From Patescibacteria group bacterium (GTDB taxonomy: Bacteria > Patescibacteriota > Microgenomatia > Woykebacterales > RBG-16-39-9b), in contig JANWIZ010000016.1 in NCBI GenBank assembly GCA_025449635.1, positions 1 through 56,835 on the forward strand: a stretch of 56,835 nt of DNA, given 5' to 3'. The notes under the pieces were generated by a model. That model saw only the letters and a list, made by a program, of their open reading frames with translations. It ran no database searches and was not told the origin of the DNA. The stretch's first letter is position 1. Each line of letters starts with the position of its first letter. Below are positions 19,804 to 30,214 of the stretch, piece after piece. A program made the position numbers and the translations under genes.

Positions 19804-21096
19804 ATGGGTTTATTGTCTGCCAAAATCGATCCTAGTTCACTCGCCGAAAAGGAAAAATTCCATCGTTATGAACGAATTTCCGAATTGTTTACCTATTTAG
19901 GTTTGTTCGGGGCATTTTTTTTAAGCTTTCTACCATTTGATTTTCCAATTGAACGTAATGGTTTATATGTACTATTTGGAGTGGTGTTTGTTTTTTGTTT
20001 TATTTGGTTTAGGCTAATCCCTAAAAAATATACAGGTTTAATTAAGACATTAATTTATTATTGTGCAACTATTTTTTTTATTTTTGTCGGTGTTCATTTT
20101 ACCCAAGGTATAAAAAGTTTCGCGATATTTTATTTCTATCTCGTTGTTTTAGGTGCTGGTGTTTCGTTAAAAATACGCTATTATTTCTCAATCGTTTTAC
20201 TAATCGCAACGATGCTTATAGCCGAGGCTATTTTTTTTGAGAATGGTTTACCATTGAATCAGAGGTTAATTTTAGCATCACTTCATATATGGGCATTGCT
20301 CATAGTTGCTTTGTTCGCTAAATCAGTTTTTGATGAAGAAATTAGGGCAGAAGCTAGAGAGGATTCGGTAAAGCTAAAGAGCGCAAAACAGATAGATACT
20401 GTTAAAAATGAGTTTGTATTTGTTATTTCAAACAAACTTAAGCAACCAATTCTTACCCTTCAGAACTATCTTGAAAATGTTTTAAGAATCAAGAACCAAC
20501 AATGGACCCCTGATTTTTTGGATTTACTCAATAAGACAAGAGAAAATTCACAAAGATTATCAGGACTTGTGAATGATTTATCAGATCTTTCTCGTATAGA
20601 AAATCAAAGCTTGAGACTAGATATAAAAGAAGTAAATCTAAACCAGTTGATTGGTTCAACTCTCTCAGATTTCACTATGACAGCAACTGAGAAAGACATT
20701 AAACTAATTTATGAACCAAATGTTGAAACAATTATTGTTAAGGCAGATTCTTCGCGAATGCACGAAATTCTGGCGAATCTTATTGACAACGCAGTGAAGT
20801 ATTCGCCAACAGGTAAGACAGTGATAGTTCTTTTTAAAAAAGTAGGGAATTTTGCTCAAATAGAAGTAAAGGATTCTGGTTACGGTATCCCAGATGAAGC
20901 CAAAGCCCATTTATTTGAAAAATTTTATCGGGTGAATAGAAGCTCAACAGAACCAAAAGGTACCGGGTTGGGTTTGTTTGTAACAAAAGAATTGATAGAG
21001 CGCCAAGGTGGAAAGATCTGGTTCGATAGTCAAGTTGGTAAAGGTACAACATTTTACTTTACTTTACCTCTCAATCAAAAAAATGAAAGAAAATAG
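19804..21096 (+). CDS. Membrane sensor kinase-like protein lacking the phospho-acceptor His
   Basis: Multi-TM; H-box reads SNKLKQP; N, G1, F and G2 boxes intact. Confidence 0.88.
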   Translation: MGLLSAKIDPSSLAEKEKFHRYERISELFTYLGLFGAFFLSFLPFDFPIERNGLYVLFGVVFVFCFIWFRLIPKKYTGLIKTLIYYCATIFFIFVGVHFTQGIKSFAIFYFYLVVLGAGVSLKIRYYFSIVLLIATMLIAEAIFFENGLPLNQRLILASLHIWALLIVALFAKSVFDEEIRAEAREDSVKLKSAKQIDTVKNEFVFVISNKLKQPILTLQNYLENVLRIKNQQWTPDFLDLLNKTRENSQRLSGLVNDLSDLSRIENQSLRLDIKEVNLNQLIGSTLSDFTMTATEKDIKLIYEPNVETIIVKADSSRMHEILANLIDNAVKYSPTGKTVIVLFKKVGNFAQIEVKDSGYGIPDEAKAHLFEKFYRVNRSSTEPKGTGLGLFVTKELIERQGGKIWFDSQVGKGTTFYFTLPLNQKNERK

Positions 21097-22414
21097 TACA
21101 AAAACTGTCCAACAAGGCACTATCGGAAACATTAATAAGGAAGATGTTAAAAAAAAATTTCTTAGGTTAGGAAGGCTGAGAGAAGCCTTTGTTGTTAGTT
21201 TTGTAGTAATAGGATTGATAATAATTCAATTCCCAATACCCAGTTCGTTAGCCGATACCCCAATAAAATTTAACTTTGTAGGAATTTATGTGACCTCTCT
21301 GTTTCTGGTTATTTTTGCTTTTTCATGGCACCGTATGATTAAGTTTAAGTTGGACGAAGAGACAAAGTTTTTCCTCGAAACAATAATTTATATAACTGGG
21401 ATCCACGCGATAGTAGTATTTACAGGTGGGACTTACAGCTATTTTACATTTCTATACTTTTTACCAGTTTTAAATGCAGCAGCAAATATAAATCTTAAGC
21501 TTGCTATCACAATCTCGGTTTTTTCTTCTTTTCTCTTAGGATCTCATTTGTATCGGTTTTTAGGTCAAGATGAGTTTATTAATGCTTTTAGTCTATTCTT
21601 CCTTAATTTATTTGGTATTTGGATGGTCACCGCACTTGGAAGATTTTTAGCAACAGAAGTTGTCGTGATCTTAAAACGTCAGGAGGAGTTTGAACTAGAA
21701 CAACTCAAGCAACTAGATAAACTTAAAGACGAATTTGTATTCATCATCGCTCATGAACTCCGTAGCCCCATAACTGCAATTCGAGGTTATATTGAGCTTA
21801 TGACAACAGATCAGAAACAAAAAATTGAGGGTGAATTAAAAGGTTTATTACAAAAGAGCTTTTCAACTAGTAACAAACTAGCAAACATAATCAGCCTACT
21901 TTTGGAAGTAGCTCGAGTTGAAACAGGAAAAATAAGATTCTATCTTCAGAAGATTGATCTCAAGGACTCTATTGATTTGGTGGTCAAAGAATTGAAAAAA
22001 GATGCACTAGAAAAAGAGATACAAGTTACCGTTAATATTCCACAGGAAAATTATTTAATGATAGATAAGGAGAGATTGGAAGAAATACTGCATATTGTTA
22101 TTGAAAACGCGATTTTCTTTACCCCTGAGTATGGAAAAATTCTAATCTCGACCCAAACAACAGAAAAGCAGGTTTTGGTTTCTGTTTCTGATACTGGGGT
22201 TGGTATTCCTCCAGAAATGCAAAAGAGAATTTTCGACAAATTTTATACAGAAAATGATACTGACGGTGAGGTTAGAATAAAGGGATATGGAATTGGTTTA
22301 TATATCGCGAAGCAACTTTTGTTAAGAATGAATGGAGATATTACGTTCGATAGTATTGTTGGACGTGGTACAACTTTTACTTTACATCTCCCAAAATATT
22401 GGTCTTTTGGTTAA
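21083..22414 (+). CDS. Membrane sensor histidine kinase
   Basis: AHELRSP, DTGVGI and GYGIGL; multi-TM N-terminus. Confidence 0.92.
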   Translation: MKENSTKTVQQGTIGNINKEDVKKKFLRLGRLREAFVVSFVVIGLIIIQFPIPSSLADTPIKFNFVGIYVTSLFLVIFAFSWHRMIKFKLDEETKFFLETIIYITGIHAIVVFTGGTYSYFTFLYFLPVLNAAANINLKLAITISVFSSFLLGSHLYRFLGQDEFINAFSLFFLNLFGIWMVTALGRFLATEVVVILKRQEEFELEQLKQLDKLKDEFVFIIAHELRSPITAIRGYIELMTTDQKQKIEGELKGLLQKSFSTSNKLANIISLLLEVARVETGKIRFYLQKIDLKDSIDLVVKELKKDALEKEIQVTVNIPQENYLMIDKERLEEILHIVIENAIFFTPEYGKILISTQTTEKQVLVSVSDTGVGIPPEMQKRIFDKFYTENDTDGEVRIKGYGIGLYIAKQLLLRMNGDITFDSIVGRGTTFTLHLPKYWSFG

Positions 22415-22475
22415 GGTAAGAATGAATCAAATCAATGAAGCTATGATATCATTAATCCAGTATTAAATCCTGCCA

Positions 22476-23753
22476 ATGATAATTAAAAACAAAGATTTAC
22501 TTGCTATTAATCCAATTCGTGAAAGAGCCTTAAGTATAATTGAAGCAGGTTTATCGGCAATCGATACCAAAGAAGTTCTTAAACAATCAGTAAAAATAAA
22601 AGGTGACTTCCTTTTTGTAAAAGGACAAGCATACGACCTCAAAACATTTCGCCACATTTTTATGGTCGCCTTTGGAAAAGATTCTTTTGCGGCATCAGAG
22701 CAACTTGCAGAAACTTTAGGTGATAGATTGACGGACGGTGTAATACTTTCATTGAAAGCAGGGTCTATACCAAAGTTAGAAACGTTTCAATGCACCCATC
22801 CGAAACCTTCCTTGAATAATATCGTAGCAACAAAAAAAGCCCTTGAATTGATCGATAAGGCAAACTCTGATGATTTAATAATCCTAGTAATTTCTGGTGG
22901 TGGTTCTGCTATGCTGACCGCTCCTTACAAAATTACTTATGAAGAGAAATCAATGATAGCTGAAGAGTTAATGAATTCTGGAGCAGATATTACTGAATTA
23001 AATACTGTGCGTAAGCATCTTTCAGAAGTGAAGGGTGGTAGATTGGCACAAAGAGCGTACCCAGCGACTATGTTGACTTTAATATTTTCAGATGTGATAG
23101 GAAACAATTTAAGTACTATTGCTTCTGGGCCAACTGTAATTGATCATACGACCATAGACGACGCCAAGAAAATTTTGGAAAAATATAATATTTCTGAAAA
23201 AGTAGCTATGGATAACCTTGAATTAACAGAATCTCCAAAAGAAGTAAAATTTTTCCAAAAAGTGGATAATTATCTAATTGTTGACAATTCTGTCGCTACT
23301 GCAGCAATGGAGGACAAGGCTAGAACCCTAGGGTACTCTACAAGAATTTATTCTAATAATCTTTCTGGTAATGCTCATGCTGTGGGTGAGATGTTAATTA
23401 AAGAGTGTCGGAAGAAGGAAGTGTTGATTGCAGCTGGAGAAACTACAATAGAGGTTTCTGGAGATGGGGTTGGGGGTCGATGCCAGGAGATGATTTTAGC
23501 AAATTTAAAAAATATTAAAGATAATCAAATTCTTATTTGTGTTGGAACAGATGGTCATGATCATTCTGACTTTGCTGGAGCTATTTGTGATACTTATAGT
23601 TTAAAACGGTCTAAAGAGGAAAAACTAGATCCAACGGAGTATTTGAAAAATAATGATTCGTTTAGTTTTTTTAAGAAAGTTGCTGAAGGTATTGATACTG
23701 GTTTATTAGAATCAAATGTAGCCGACTTAATGCTGGTGCTTAAGGATAAGTAA
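22476..23753 (+). CDS. Glycerate 2-kinase (MOFRL/GckA family)
   Basis: ISGGGSA, ELNTVRKHLSEVKGGRL, SDVIG, IASGPT and GETT. Confidence 0.9.
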   Translation: MIIKNKDLLAINPIRERALSIIEAGLSAIDTKEVLKQSVKIKGDFLFVKGQAYDLKTFRHIFMVAFGKDSFAASEQLAETLGDRLTDGVILSLKAGSIPKLETFQCTHPKPSLNNIVATKKALELIDKANSDDLIILVISGGGSAMLTAPYKITYEEKSMIAEELMNSGADITELNTVRKHLSEVKGGRLAQRAYPATMLTLIFSDVIGNNLSTIASGPTVIDHTTIDDAKKILEKYNISEKVAMDNLELTESPKEVKFFQKVDNYLIVDNSVATAAMEDKARTLGYSTRIYSNNLSGNAHAVGEMLIKECRKKEVLIAAGETTIEVSGDGVGGRCQEMILANLKNIKDNQILICVGTDGHDHSDFAGAICDTYSLKRSKEEKLDPTEYLKNNDSFSFFKKVAEGIDTGLLESNVADLMLVLKDK

Positions 23754-23754
23754 A

Positions 23755-23955
23755 ATGGAAAAAACGTCTCGTTCAATAGTGAAAACTTTATCATGGAGAT
23801 TTGTAGTCTTAGTTCTTGATTTTCTGATTGCCTACTTTTTCACCCAGGATATAGAGCTTTCAAGTAAATTGGCTTTGGCAAAATTTGTGATTGCTTCAGC
23901 GGTTTATTTTCTTCACGAACGAGCTTGGAATAGAGTTGGTTGGGGAAGAAACTAA
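23755..23955 (+). CDS. DUF2061 small membrane protein
   Basis: RSIVKTLSWR...YFLHERAW. Confidence 0.85.
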   Translation: MEKTSRSIVKTLSWRFVVLVLDFLIAYFFTQDIELSSKLALAKFVIASAVYFLHERAWNRVGWGRN

Positions 23956-24530
23956 ACCTTTTTCTTACAAACGTCGCAGGCTACTGAAGTTATAAACTGA
24001 TGTGAATCTGGATTGTTTGGGTCGGGTTTTAGTTCAAAAACCAACATCCCACCGCAACTTGGGCATTTGTAAAAATTAATAAAAGAAAAGTCTTGCGAAA
24101 GTTTGATAACATCTCCATAACCATCTCGGGGAGAGATTCTATAAACTTTTTCACTATCGTTCCCAATTAAGGTTTTGATCTTGCTAATGATTTCGTTAGG
24201 GGAAAAATTGGTTTTGAGCAAATAATCCTTGGCTCCAAGAGACAGAGCTTTTTTTATATTCTCATCGTTCGCAACGTTGCTTAGTACTATCACAGGGATT
24301 TTTTTGAGTTCTGGGTTTGCGTTGAGCTGTTCAAGAACTTGAAGCCCGTTTAGCTTTGGCATTAAGATATCTAGCAGTACCAGGTTTGGCACAGAAGCTT
24401 TGATTTTGTTTAAAGCCTCTTCACCATCAGAAGCAGAATCGACCTCGAAACCTTCGAAAGTGAGTCTGTCAGAATAAATTCTTCTTAAAATTTCTTCGTC
24501 ATCGACTATTAATATTTTTGGTTTCGTCAT
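23952..24530 (-). CDS. Response regulator with C-terminal zinc ribbon
   Basis: ILIVDDE and LLDILMPKLNG receiver; CPSC...CDVC tail. Confidence 0.9.
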   Translation of the reverse strand: MTKPKILIVDDEEILRRIYSDRLTFEGFEVDSASDGEEALNKIKASVPNLVLLDILMPKLNGLQVLEQLNANPELKKIPVIVLSNVANDENIKKALSLGAKDYLLKTNFSPNEIISKIKTLIGNDSEKVYRISPRDGYGDVIKLSQDFSFINFYKCPSCGGMLVFELKPDPNNPDSHQFITSVACDVCKKKV

Positions 24531-25981
24531 TTTATTTTTGTAGCAGGTAAAACAAAGCCAAAAGTGCTACCCTTTCCTTCTACTGATTCGAACCAGATTT
24601 TTCCACTTTGCCGCTCAACTAGCTGTTTGGCTGCATAAAGTCCCAAACCACTTCCCGAGATCATATTGCTGAGAGGATTCTCAACACGAGAGAATTTTTT
24701 AAAAAGATCCTTATATTTGTCTTTAGGTATTCCTACGCCGCTATCTTTTACCAGTACCCAAACCCCGTCAGTTGTTGAAGTCACTCTCACTTGAATTTTA
24801 CCGTTCTTATAAGTGTATTTCAAGGCGTTGTCTATGAGATTGCTGATGATTTCCTTTGTTTTCTCTGGATCTGCCGTAACCTTTGGCAAATTTGGATCGA
24901 TGGATAAGGTTAAAGTTTGAGAGTTTTCTGAGGATTTTAGCTGTAAACTTTTAAATACCTCGGAAGTTAATTCTTCTAAACTAACAACTTGGAAATTAAG
25001 TTGAAGTCTACCCTGTTCTAGGCGCGAGATGTTAAGTAAATCGTTAACCAAGTTTATCATTCGCTCATTAGCAATTGTTAGTAGATCTAGGTATTCTTTT
25101 TGCCCTTTATTCATCTGTCCAGCGATACCGTCGTTGAGTAGAGAGATTAGGCCCTTAATTTCAGACAGTGGGGTTCGCAATTGATGTGAAGCTATTGAGA
25201 TCAAATCAGTGCGTATTTCTTCAACTTCTTTTTCATGACTTATATCTCGGAAGACAACTATTCCACCAACAATAATACCTTTTTGATTTTTAATTGGAGA
25301 GGAATTGACTGCCACAGGAATTTCAGACTTTCCGCCAGTAACAAGAATCGTATCTGTAGGTAGAGTAACTGATTTACCTTCAAGAAGTACTTCATTTATA
25401 AATTGACCATAACTTTCTTTGGTTCTTTCATTAGTAAATTGCAATACTTGATCATATTTCTGCCCCAGGATTTGATCGCGTCCGATCCCCACTAGTTTTT
25501 CGGCAATTTTGTTGAAAATAATTATCTCTCCTCTTAAGTTGATTGCAAACACCCCTTCCCCAACATTAAACAGAATTGCTTCTGCACGATCTTTTTCTTC
25601 TTGAGCAAAGTTGATACGGTCTCTCATACTTACCCGCAAATTTTCCAAGGCTGTTATTGCTTCGCCAAGTTCAGAAGGGGCGTTACGGTTGAGCTCGATT
25701 TCTAAGTTTCCAGAGGCAATTGACTTTGCCGAAATAATTAAAAAATTCAGTGTATTCCGAACCTTTAAAGCAAGAAAAAGAGTGAAACCAAGGTATAGAG
25801 AATAACTAAATAAAAGAAAACCAAACAAATAAAGCCCCCCAACGAAAACAGCAATTTTTATCTCACTGCTTATTTGAGGTAATAAGTAAAAGATGATAAT
25901 TAAAGAAATGACCCCAATCCCAAGGCTAGTTATGAGGGTTTTAAGAACGATTCCAAATTTTGGCAAAGGCAGTTTTTTCAA
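24527..25981 (-). CDS. HAMP-PAS sensor histidine kinase
   Basis: Two TMs, HAMP, PAS, SHQLRTP, NALKY and GSGLGL. Confidence 0.92.
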   Translation of the reverse strand: MKKLPLPKFGIVLKTLITSLGIGVISLIIIFYLLPQISSEIKIAVFVGGLYLFGFLLFSYSLYLGFTLFLALKVRNTLNFLIISAKSIASGNLEIELNRNAPSELGEAITALENLRVSMRDRINFAQEEKDRAEAILFNVGEGVFAINLRGEIIIFNKIAEKLVGIGRDQILGQKYDQVLQFTNERTKESYGQFINEVLLEGKSVTLPTDTILVTGGKSEIPVAVNSSPIKNQKGIIVGGIVVFRDISHEKEVEEIRTDLISIASHQLRTPLSEIKGLISLLNDGIAGQMNKGQKEYLDLLTIANERMINLVNDLLNISRLEQGRLQLNFQVVSLEELTSEVFKSLQLKSSENSQTLTLSIDPNLPKVTADPEKTKEIISNLIDNALKYTYKNGKIQVRVTSTTDGVWVLVKDSGVGIPKDKYKDLFKKFSRVENPLSNMISGSGLGLYAAKQLVERQSGKIWFESVEGKGSTFGFVLPATKIK

Positions 25982-26076
25982 GACAGCTTCAGTATACCAA
26001 AGGAACTTATTATTAGTTAGTTCTGATTATTTACATATTTAAAAAAAACTTTCTTTCAGGTAAATTAGTTAGGATA

Positions 26077-27177
26077 ATGTCAAAGAAATCAAACAGTTTT
26101 CCTACTAAGCAAAAACTAAGTCTCATTAAAATCATTCTTATTTCAATAACTTTGCTTTTTGCTGGTCTACTTCTCTTGAGCTATTCAAACTTTTACCCAC
26201 CCTTTGTTGGAAAGCAATACATTTTTGCCCTGGACAATTTTGTCGGCTCAATTCCTTTTATACCAAAGACGCCAAAGCAAATCGTTACAAGAAGTCTTTA
26301 TCCCGACAAAAAACTAAGTTCTTACAAAGCAGAAGGCAAAGTAGTTTTAAAGGGAAATAGTCGTGATCAGATTAGTCTTGTATTTAGTGGCAAGGTTAAT
26401 AAAGCTGCTCAATTTGGAAGTGAGTCAAGTCAAAATGTAAAAGGTCAAGTAACAGGAGAATTGAGAGGAGAAATTGATTTCCAAACAGTTGAAAGCAATG
26501 AAAATTTTTACTTTAGAACTTTGGGAAACTTAGGGATTGAAGATTTTGACCCAACTTTACTTGGTCAAGATTGGTATCAGATTGATCGTGATAAGTTTCA
26601 AGCAAGTTTGGGAGTTGAGATAAAAAAAGATGCAGAAATCGCAATTGATATTGCAGAGCAAGCAAAGAAACTCCAAAACGATGTTGTTGGTGAGAATATT
26701 TTTTCAAAACTTCGAGAATCTAAGATCGTTAATATAAAAAATCAGAATTACTTTCAGTATAAATTTACAGTTTCAGAAAAAATATTGAATGGAGCAAATC
26801 CTCTCAGTGGGTATAGTTTGAAGCAACCAGTTTTGACACTCCTAATAAATAAAAAAACTTTTTACCTGGAGAAATGGCAAATTGATGCTGAAGTTGTAGC
26901 AAAAAATAATACCGGACAAAAGGAAAAAATGAGTTTAAAAATTGAATACCAAATCTTCGAGATAAATAAAAAACAAAAAATTGAAATTCCAAAAAATAAT
27001 AAAACCATCTCCCATCCAGTAGAATTGAGTTTAGCTTTTGATGGAAAGGACGAAGGTGATAATGAAGCACTACTGGCAGCAACTGAAAAGGCAATTGATC
27101 GTGGGCAGAATTTCTTAACTATCGAAAGAATATTGAAGGTAACTTTACTACTTCCAAAAGCTATTTACCCAGAATAA
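26077..27177 (+). CDS. Hypothetical membrane-anchored protein
   Basis: N-terminal TM; beta-rich extracellular region. Confidence 0.7.
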   Translation: MSKKSNSFPTKQKLSLIKIILISITLLFAGLLLLSYSNFYPPFVGKQYIFALDNFVGSIPFIPKTPKQIVTRSLYPDKKLSSYKAEGKVVLKGNSRDQISLVFSGKVNKAAQFGSESSQNVKGQVTGELRGEIDFQTVESNENFYFRTLGNLGIEDFDPTLLGQDWYQIDRDKFQASLGVEIKKDAEIAIDIAEQAKKLQNDVVGENIFSKLRESKIVNIKNQNYFQYKFTVSEKILNGANPLSGYSLKQPVLTLLINKKTFYLEKWQIDAEVVAKNNTGQKEKMSLKIEYQIFEINKKQKIEIPKNNKTISHPVELSLAFDGKDEGDNEALLAATEKAIDRGQNFLTIERILKVTLLLPKAIYPE

Positions 27178-27203
27178 GCTTAGTAAGCTATACTTTAAAA
27201 GGT

Positions 27204-28244
27204 ATGGAAAACGATACTATGGTTCAAAAAGCAGACAATACTGTTGGGTTGCACGCTCCTGAGCTGCCTGAAATAAGCGGTCCTTGGTTCAACTCTAATC
27301 AGTTAAAAATTGCAGAACTTAATTCGCAGAATAAGATTGTCTTAATCGATTTTTGGACTTACAGTTGTGTAAATTGCCTACGAACATTACCTTATCTTAA
27401 GAAATGGCACGAAAAATATTCTTCGATGGGTTTAATAATTATTGGGGTTCATACTCCAGAGTTTGAATTTGAAAAAGAGTCTAAGAATGTTTCGAGTTTT
27501 ATTAAGAAAGAGGGTATTAATTATCCTGTGGTGATGGATAACGACTATAAAATTTGGCATAGTTTTGCCAATCGATATTGGCCAAGGAAATATTTGATTG
27601 ACACAAGAGGAATTATCCGTCTGGATCACGCCGGTGAGGGTTCTTACAAAGAGACTGAGGCTGTAATTCAAAAATTGTTGAAAGAAGTTACTGGAGAAAG
27701 TTTACCGAGCGTTGAAGAAGAATCCCATCAACACATTACTCAAGGTGCAGTTTGTTACCCAACCACCCCTGAGATTTATGCTGGGTATTTGAGAGGTAAT
27801 AGCGGTAATAAAGATGGCTTTGTTCAAGATCAAATCCACATTTATAAATCCCCTGCGAATGAGGACTATGAAGAAGGAAAAATTTATTTGGAAGGAGATT
27901 GGGTCTCGAAAAATGAATACCTAGTTCATCATCGAAATGTTGAGGAGCCAACTGATTTTATTGCGATTTTATATCAAGCTTTAGAAGTCAACGCCGTTAT
28001 GAAATCAGCTAGTGGAAGAAAAACCCGAGTATTGATCCAAAGAGACGGTCAACCACTGAATAAAAGCTTTGCTGGAGCGGATGTGCTTTTTGATGATTCA
28101 GGACTTACTTATATTGATGTTGAAGAGCCAAGGCTTTACAGCCTTATTAAAGAAGGGGAGTTTGGAAAACATATTCTTAAACTATCCCCTCTTCATGAGG
28201 ATTTCCAACTCTTTGCCTATACTTTTGGCGGTTGTGCGGAATAA
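27204..28244 (+). CDS. TlpA-like redoxin with DipZ-type C-terminal domain
   Basis: DFWTYSCVNC, GVHTPEFEFEK and YWPRKY. Confidence 0.9.
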   Translation: MENDTMVQKADNTVGLHAPELPEISGPWFNSNQLKIAELNSQNKIVLIDFWTYSCVNCLRTLPYLKKWHEKYSSMGLIIIGVHTPEFEFEKESKNVSSFIKKEGINYPVVMDNDYKIWHSFANRYWPRKYLIDTRGIIRLDHAGEGSYKETEAVIQKLLKEVTGESLPSVEEESHQHITQGAVCYPTTPEIYAGYLRGNSGNKDGFVQDQIHIYKSPANEDYEEGKIYLEGDWVSKNEYLVHHRNVEEPTDFIAILYQALEVNAVMKSASGRKTRVLIQRDGQPLNKSFAGADVLFDDSGLTYIDVEEPRLYSLIKEGEFGKHILKLSPLHEDFQLFAYTFGGCAE

Positions 28245-28322
28245 ATTTTTAATAATTTGACTCCCCTACTTTACCCTGCTAATATTTGAATATACATTCA
28301 ACTAATTAGTGGTAACCTAATT

Positions 28323-28691
28323 ATGCGCAAACTAGTTGTTGAGAAAACTGATTATCGTTGCTTAACCCCCTCTCTTACAGTAGGAAAAATTAATAATTTT
28401 CAACAAATTTTAGAAAAACAGGAAATTAGCAGAACAAAGATATTAGCGGAAATTTTGAGTGGAGATATGCGGTTAAAAATACTCTATCTCCTTGCATTAC
28501 AAAACAACTTATGCGTAAACGATATTTCCGATATTTTAAAATCAAAAATATCAGGGGTTTCTCATCAATTAAGTATTTTAAAAAAGGAATCGTTGGTTTC
28601 AGCCACAAAAAAGCAAAAAGTAGTTTATTATTCTCTAAGCGCTAAACTACCTGATCTTGTTGAAAATGCTTTGAAAAACTGTGATGTTTAG
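28323..28691 (+). CDS. ArsR/SmtB family transcriptional regulator
   Basis: RLKIL..L....LCVNDI......SGVSHQL..L...VVYYSL. Confidence 0.85.
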   Translation: MRKLVVEKTDYRCLTPSLTVGKINNFQQILEKQEISRTKILAEILSGDMRLKILYLLALQNNLCVNDISDILKSKISGVSHQLSILKKESLVSATKKQKVVYYSLSAKLPDLVENALKNCDV

Positions 28692-28737
28692 AATCAATTA
28701 CTAATGTATAATCAGAGTAAAGGAGCCTGCTAAAAAA

Positions 28738-29751
28738 ATGATAAAAATTGCAATTAACGGTTTTGGCCGAATCGGGCGACAAGCTTTTAAGGTCGCGCTT
28801 GATAAACATGCAGATAGTGTTGAAATTGTTGGGGTTAATGATCTTACTGATTCAAAAACTCTTGCGCATCTATTAAAATTTGACAGTTCTTACGGAATTT
28901 ATCAGAAAAACGTTTCTTTCGATCAACAAAGTGTTGTAGTAGAGGGGAAACCTTACAGGGTTTACGCTGAAAAAGATCCTGCAGCGCTTCCTTGGGGACA
29001 ACTCGGTGTCGATATCGTGATTGAGTCAACCGGTAGATTTACAGATCTAGAAGGTGCGAGTAAACATATTACAGCTGGGGCGAAGCGAGTTATTATTTCC
29101 GCTCCAGCAAAAGGTGAAGGAGTTGGAACATACCTTATTGGGGTAAACGCTGATAAGGATGATGGAAGTTCAAAAGTCATTAACAATGCTTCTTGTACAA
29201 CCAATTGTATCTCCCCTGTAGTAGCAGTGATGCAAGCGAAATTTGGTGTTGTTAAAGCCATGATGACGACGGTTCATAGTTATACCCAAGACCAACTTTT
29301 GCAAGATGGCCCTCATAAAGATTTGCGTAGAGCTAGAGCAGCGGCAATCAATATTGTTCCTACTACTACTGGGGCAGCGATTGCTACTACTGAGGCAATA
29401 CCAGAACTAAAGGGTTTGTTTGACGGAGCATCGATTCGAGTTCCGACTCCAGTCGGTTCAATTTCCGACATTACCTTTTTACTAAAGCGAAAAACAACTA
29501 AGGAAGAGGTCAACAACTCCTTAGCAGAAGCTGCCAATACTACACTCAAAGGAATAATGGCAGTGAGTATGGATCCATTAGTATCTTCGGATATTGTTGG
29601 CAGAACTGAGAGTTCAATTGTTGATCTCGATCTGACTCAGGTCGTTGACGGTGATATGGTCAAAGTTTTTGCTTGGTATGACAATGAACTAGGCTATTCA
29701 AATAGATTAATAGAGCAGGTTATTCACGCTGCTACTGTAAACAAGTCTTAA
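28738..29751 (+). CDS. gap: Type I glyceraldehyde-3-phosphate dehydrogenase
   Basis: INGFGRIGR, NASCTTNC and WYDNE. Confidence 0.98.
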   Translation: MIKIAINGFGRIGRQAFKVALDKHADSVEIVGVNDLTDSKTLAHLLKFDSSYGIYQKNVSFDQQSVVVEGKPYRVYAEKDPAALPWGQLGVDIVIESTGRFTDLEGASKHITAGAKRVIISAPAKGEGVGTYLIGVNADKDDGSSKVINNASCTTNCISPVVAVMQAKFGVVKAMMTTVHSYTQDQLLQDGPHKDLRRARAAAINIVPTTTGAAIATTEAIPELKGLFDGASIRVPTPVGSISDITFLLKRKTTKEEVNNSLAEAANTTLKGIMAVSMDPLVSSDIVGRTESSIVDLDLTQVVDGDMVKVFAWYDNELGYSNRLIEQVIHAATVNKS

Positions 29752-29757
29752 TTTAAT

Positions 29758-30207
29758 ATGAAAATTTATTTAGCTTCAGACCATGCGGGGTTTGAATTAA
29801 AAGAAAAAATTGAAGTTTTTCTAGAACAAAAAGGTTTTGAGGTGGAAGATGTTGGACCAAACGAATTTGACCCAACAGATGACTATCCACAGTTAATATT
29901 GCCTGCAGCAAAAAAAGTTTCTGAGGATAGCAGTTCAAAAGGGGTAATTTTTGGTTACAGTGGGCAAGGAGAAGCCATTGTCGCAAACAAAGTTAAAGGA
30001 ATCAGAGCTGTAGTTTACTATGGTGGAGATACTGAGATTATTGATCTTTCAAGGGTTCATAACGACGCTAATGTGCTGTCAATTGGAGCTCATTTTGTCT
30101 CAGAAACCGAAGCACAGGTGGTCATAGAATCTTGGTTAAATAAAGAGTTTCCTGGTGAGGTAAGACACTCCAGACGGATTAAAGAAATACAAGAACTTGA
30201 GGGGTAG
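29758..30207 (+). CDS. rpiB: Ribose-5-phosphate isomerase B
   Basis: ASDHAG, DDYP, SGQGEAIVANK and HNDANVL. Confidence 0.92.
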   Translation: MKIYLASDHAGFELKEKIEVFLEQKGFEVEDVGPNEFDPTDDYPQLILPAAKKVSEDSSSKGVIFGYSGQGEAIVANKVKGIRAVVYYGGDTEIIDLSRVHNDANVLSIGAHFVSETEAQVVIESWLNKEFPGEVRHSRRIKEIQELEG

Positions 30208-30214
30208 AAATTTT

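Noticed and set aside
29758..30207. RpiB lacking the catalytic Cys
   Set aside because: SGQGE matches the known Glu-type (actinobacterial) RpiB variant.
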